A stretch of DNA of 64,000 nucleotides, taken from Rebecca billardiae RCC1528 (Eukaryota; Protista; Haptophyta). The stretch spans positions 248,001 through 312,000 of the forward strand of contig OZ251233.1 in NCBI GenBank assembly GCA_965240325.2. Direction: 5' to 3'. Position 1 is the first letter of the stretch, and each line of letters begins with the position of its first letter. The notes beneath the pieces are model-generated. The model saw only the letters and a list, made by a program, of their open reading frames with translations. It did not search any database and was not told the DNA's origin. Shown here piece by piece: positions 59,901 to 64,000 of this stretch. The translations under genes and the position numbers were made by a program.

Positions 59901-62900
59901 GGCTGCGGCTCCGCGCCCGAGCCGCAGCCCTGCGGCCGCAGCCCTGCGGCCGCAGCCCTGCGGCCGCAGGCCTGCGGCCGCAGGCCTGCGGTGGCCCAGC
60001 AGGCTGCTGCTGCTGCTCGGCCCACTCGCGCGGCGCGCGGCGATTGGCGCGTCCTCGACGCCCATGCTCGCTCCGAGCCGCACTGCATGCTGCGCCGCCG
60101 CCACTCCTCACGGCCGCGCGCCCACAGGGCTGCGGCTCCGCGACCGAGCCGCAGCCCTGCGGCCGCAGCCCTGCGGCCGCAGCCCTGCGGCCGCAGGCCT
60201 GCGCTGGCCCAGCAGGCTGCTGCTGCTGCTCGGCTCAGTCGCGCGGCGAGCGGGCGGGCGGCTGGCGGTGGTGCTGGATGGCGCGTCCTCGACGCCCATG
60301 CTCGCTCCGAGCCGCGCTGCACGCCGCGCCGCCGCCACTCCTCACGGCCGCGCGCCCGCAGGGCTGCGGCTCCGCGCCCGAGCCGCAGCCCTGCGGCCGC
60401 AGCCCTGCGGCCGCAGGCCTGCGGTGGCCCAGCAGGCTGCTGCTGCTGCTCGGCTCACTCACGCGGCGCGAGGCGATTGGCGCGTCCTCGACGCCCATGC
60501 TCGCTTCGAGCCGCGCTGCACGCCGCGCCGCCGCCACTCCTCACGGCCGCGCGCCCGCAGGGGTGCGGCTCCGCGCCCGAGCCGCAGCCCTGCGGCCGCA
60601 GCGCTGCGGCCGCAGGCCTGCGGCCGCAGGCCTGCGGTGGCCCAGCAGGCTGCTGCTGCTGCTCGGCCCACTCGCGCGGCGCGAGGCGATTGGCGCGTCC
60701 TCGACGCCCATGCTCGCTCCGAGCCGCGCTGCACGCCGCGCCGCCGCCACTCCTCACGGCCGCGCGCCCGCAGGGCTGCGGCTCCGCGCCCGAGCCGCAG
60801 CCCTGCGGCCGCAGGCCTGCGGCCGCAGGCCTGCGGAAGCAGGCTGCTGCTGCTGCTCGGCTCAGTCGTGCGGCGCGAGGCGAGCGGGCAGGCGGGTGGC
60901 AGTGGTGCTGATTGGCGCGTCTTCGACGCCCATGCTCGCTCCGAGCCGCGCTGCATGCCGCGCCGCCGCCACTCCTCACGGCCGCGCGCCCGCAGGGCTG
61001 CGGCTCCGCGCCCGAGCCGCAGCCCTGCGGCCGCAGCCCTGCGGCCGCAGCCCTGCGGAAGCAGGCTGCTGCTGCTGCTCGGCTCAGTCGTGCGGCGCGA
61101 GGCGAGCGGGCAGGCGGGTGGCAGCGGTGCTGATTGGCGCGTTTCCGACGCCCATGCTCGCTCCGAGCCGCGCTGCATGACGCGCCGCCGCCGCTCCTCA
61201 CGGCCGCGCGCCCGCAGGGCTGCGCCTCCGCGCCCGAGCCGCAGCCCTGCGGCCGCAGCCCTGCGGCCGCAGGCCTGCGCTGGCAAAGCAGGCTGCTGCT
61301 GCTGCTCGGCTCAGTCGCGCGGCGAGCGTGCGGGCGGCTGGCGGTGGTGCTGTATGGCGCGTCCTCGACGCCCATGCTCGATCCGAGCCGCGCTGCACGC
61401 CGCGCCGCCGCCACTCCTCACGGCCGCGCGCCCGCAGGGCTGCGGCTCCGCGCCCGAGCCGCAGCCCTGCGGCCGCAGCCCTGCGGCCGCAGGCCTGCGG
61501 TGGCCCAGCAGGCTGCTGCTGCTGCTCGGCTCAGTCGCGTGGCGCGAGGCGATCGGCGCGTCCTCGACACCCATGCTCGCTCCGATCTGCGCTGCATGCC
61601 GCGCCGCCGCCACTCCTCACGGCCGCGCGCCCGCAGGGCTGCGGCTCCGCGCCCGAGCCGCAGCCCTGCGGCCGCAGCGCTGCGGCCGCAGCCCTGCGGC
61701 CGCAGGCCTGCGGTGGCCCAGCAGGCTGCTGCTGCTGCTCGGCTCACTCGCGCGGCGCGCGGCGATTGGCGCGTCCTCGACGCCCATGCTCGCTCCGAGC
61801 CGCACTGCATGCCGCTCCGCCGCCACTCCTCACGGCCGCGCGCCCACAGGGCTGCGGCTCCGCGACCGAGCCGAAGGGCTGCTTCCGCAGGCCTGCGGCC
61901 GCAGCCCTGCGGAAGCAGGCTGATGCTGCTGCTCCGCTCAGTCGCGCGGCGCGAGGCGAGCGGGCGGGCGGTAGCCGCGGTGCTGATTGGCGCGTCCTCG
62001 ACGCCCATGCTCGCTCAGAGCCGCGCTGCATGACGCGCCGCCGCCGCTCCTCACGGCCGCGCGCCCGCAGGGCTGCGGCTTCGCGCCCGAGCCGCAGCCC
62101 TGCGGCCGCAGCCCTGCGGCCGCAGGCCGGCGGCCGCAGGCCTGCGGTGGCCCAGCAGGCTGCTGCTGCTGCTCGGCTCACTCGCGCGGCGCGAGGCGAT
62201 TGGCGCGTCCTCGACGCCCATGCTCGCTCCGAGCCGCGCTGCATGCCGCGCCGCCGCCACTCCTCACGGCCACGCGCCCGCAGGGCTGCGGCTCCGCGCC
62301 CGAGCCGCAGCCCTGCGGCCGCAGCCCTGCGGCCGCAGGCCTGCGGCCGCAGGCCTGCGGTGGCCCAGCAGGCTGCTGCTGCTGCTCGGCCCACTCGCGC
62401 GGCGCGAGGCGATTGGCGGGTCCTCGACGCCCATGCTCGCTCCGAGCCGCACTGCATGCCGCGCCGCCGCCACTCCTCACGGCCGCGCGCCCACAGGGCT
62501 GCGGCTCCGCGACCGAGCCGCAGCCCTGCGGCCGCAGGCCTGCGGCCGCAGGCCTGCGGCCGCAGGCCTGCGGTGGCCCAGCAGGCTGCTGCTGCTGCTC
62601 GGCTCAGTCGTGCGGCGCGAGGCGAGCGGGCAGGCGGGTGGCAGCAGTGCTGATTGGCGCGTCCCCGACGCCCATGCTCGCTCCGAGCCGCGCTGCATGC
62701 CGCGCCGCCGCCACTCCTCACGGCGGCGCGCCCGCAGGGCTGCGGCTCCGCGCCCGAGCCGCAGCCCTGCGGCCGCAGCCCTGCGGCCGCAGCCCTGCGG
62801 CCGCAGGCCTGCGGTGGCCCAGCAGGCTGCTGCTGCTGCTCGGTTCACTCGCGCGGCGCGAGGCGATTGGCGCGTCCTCGACGCCCATGCTCGCTCCGAG

Positions 62901-64000
62901 CCGCACTGCATGCCGCGCCGCCGCCACTCCTCACGGCCGCGCGCCCGCAGGGCTGCGGCTCCGCGCCCGAGCCGCAGCCCTGCGGCCGCAGCCCTGCGGC
63001 CGCAGGCCTGCGCTGGCCCAGCAGGCTGCTGCTGCTGCCCGGCCCACTCGCGTGGCGCGAGGCGATTGGCGCGTCCTCGACGCCGATGCTCGCTCCGAGC
63101 CGCACTGCATGCCGCGCCGCCGCCACTCCTCACGGCCGCGCGCCCACAGGGCTGCGGCTCCGCGACCGAGCCGCAGGGCTGCGGCCGCAGGCCTGCGGCC
63201 GCAGCCCTGCGGACGCAGGCTGATGCTGCTGTGTGGCTCAGTCGCGCGGCGCGAGGCGAGCGGGCAGGCGGGTGGCCGCGGTGCTGATTGGCGCGTCCTC
63301 GACGCCCATGCTTGCTCTGAGCCGCGCTGCATGACGCGCCGCCGCCGCTCCTCACGGCCGCGCGCCCGCAGGGCTGCGGCTCCGCGCCCGAGCCGCAGCC
63401 CTGCAGCCGCAGCCCTGCGGCCGCAGCCCTGCAGCCGCAGGCCTGCGGTGGCCCAGCAGGCTGCTGCTGCTGCTCTGCTCAGTCGCGCGGCGCGAGGCGA
63501 TTGGCGCGTCCTCGACGCCCATGCTCGCTCCGAGCCGCGCTGCTTGCCGCGCCGCCGCCACTCCTCACGGCCGCGCGCCCGCAGGGCTGCGGCTCCGCGA
63601 CCGAGCCGCAGGGCTGCGGCCGCAGGCCTGCGGCCGCAGCCCTGCGGAAGCAGGCTGATGCTGCTGCTCGGCTCAGTCGCACGGCGCGAGGCGAGCGGGC
63701 GGGCGGGTGGCCGCGGTGCTGATTGGCGCGTCCTCGACGCCCATGCTCGCTCCGAGCCGCGCTGCATGCCGCGCCGCCGCCACTCCTCACGGCCGCGCGC
63801 CCGCAGGGCTGCGGCTCCGCGACCGAGCCGCAGGGCTGCGGCCGCAGGCCTGCGGCCGCAGCCCTGCGGAAGCAGGCTGATGCTGCTGCTCGGCTCAGGC
63901 GCACGGCGCGAGGCGAGCGGGCGGGCGGGTGGCCGCGGTGCTGATTGGCGCGTCCTCGACGCCCATGCTTGCTCTGAGCCGCGCTGCATGACGCGCCGCC
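47935..64000. repeat. Satellite B: ~199-241-bp monomers (mostly 213/221), ~74 copies, runs off the window
   Basis: GCGTCCTCGACGCCCATGCTCGCTCCGAGCCGCGCTGCA... recurs throughout. Each monomer has a variable number of 14-bp CCTGCGGCCGCAG(C/G) subrepeats and a (GCT)4-5 tract. Confidence 0.97.

Noticed and set aside
55520-61180. 1886-aa and other ORFs within satellites A and B
   Set aside because: Satellite monomers open in several frames on both strands, with frame-shifting monomer lengths.

Overview
Very GC-rich eukaryotic DNA with short (GC)n-rich spliceosomal introns and an IFT122 gene, so a flagellated organism. The style suggests a pavlovophyte haptophyte such as Diacronema, but that is inference only. 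Three zones. (1) 1-~7955: the right end of a head-to-tail array of 1.0-1.9 kb units, each with a long (TA)n tract. Three units carry a geminivirus/genomovirus-like CRESS-DNA Rep (HUH motif II, GRS-like segment, YxxK motif III, complete SF3 helicase) with no capsid gene, and two units lack the Rep. Every complete unit also has a ~230-nt multi-stem segment and an ~80-nt hairpin next to the (TA)n. This is the best candidate for an undescribed rolling-circle element with Rep+ and Rep- forms. (2) ~9.3-36.1 kb: six host genes: GT34-like glycosyltransferase, alpha/beta hydrolase, ankyrin-repeat protein, DNAJB12/14-like J-protein, IFT122 (11 exons), and a ~3000-aa LRR + TMEM132-like (cohesin/Ig) + dockerin-like membrane protein. 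(3) 36.1-64 kb: two adjacent, unrelated, palindrome-dense satellites (222 bp and ~213/221 bp monomers) with local higher-order structure, possibly (peri)centromeric. Most long ORFs in the supplied track are artefacts of high GC content or of the repeats.
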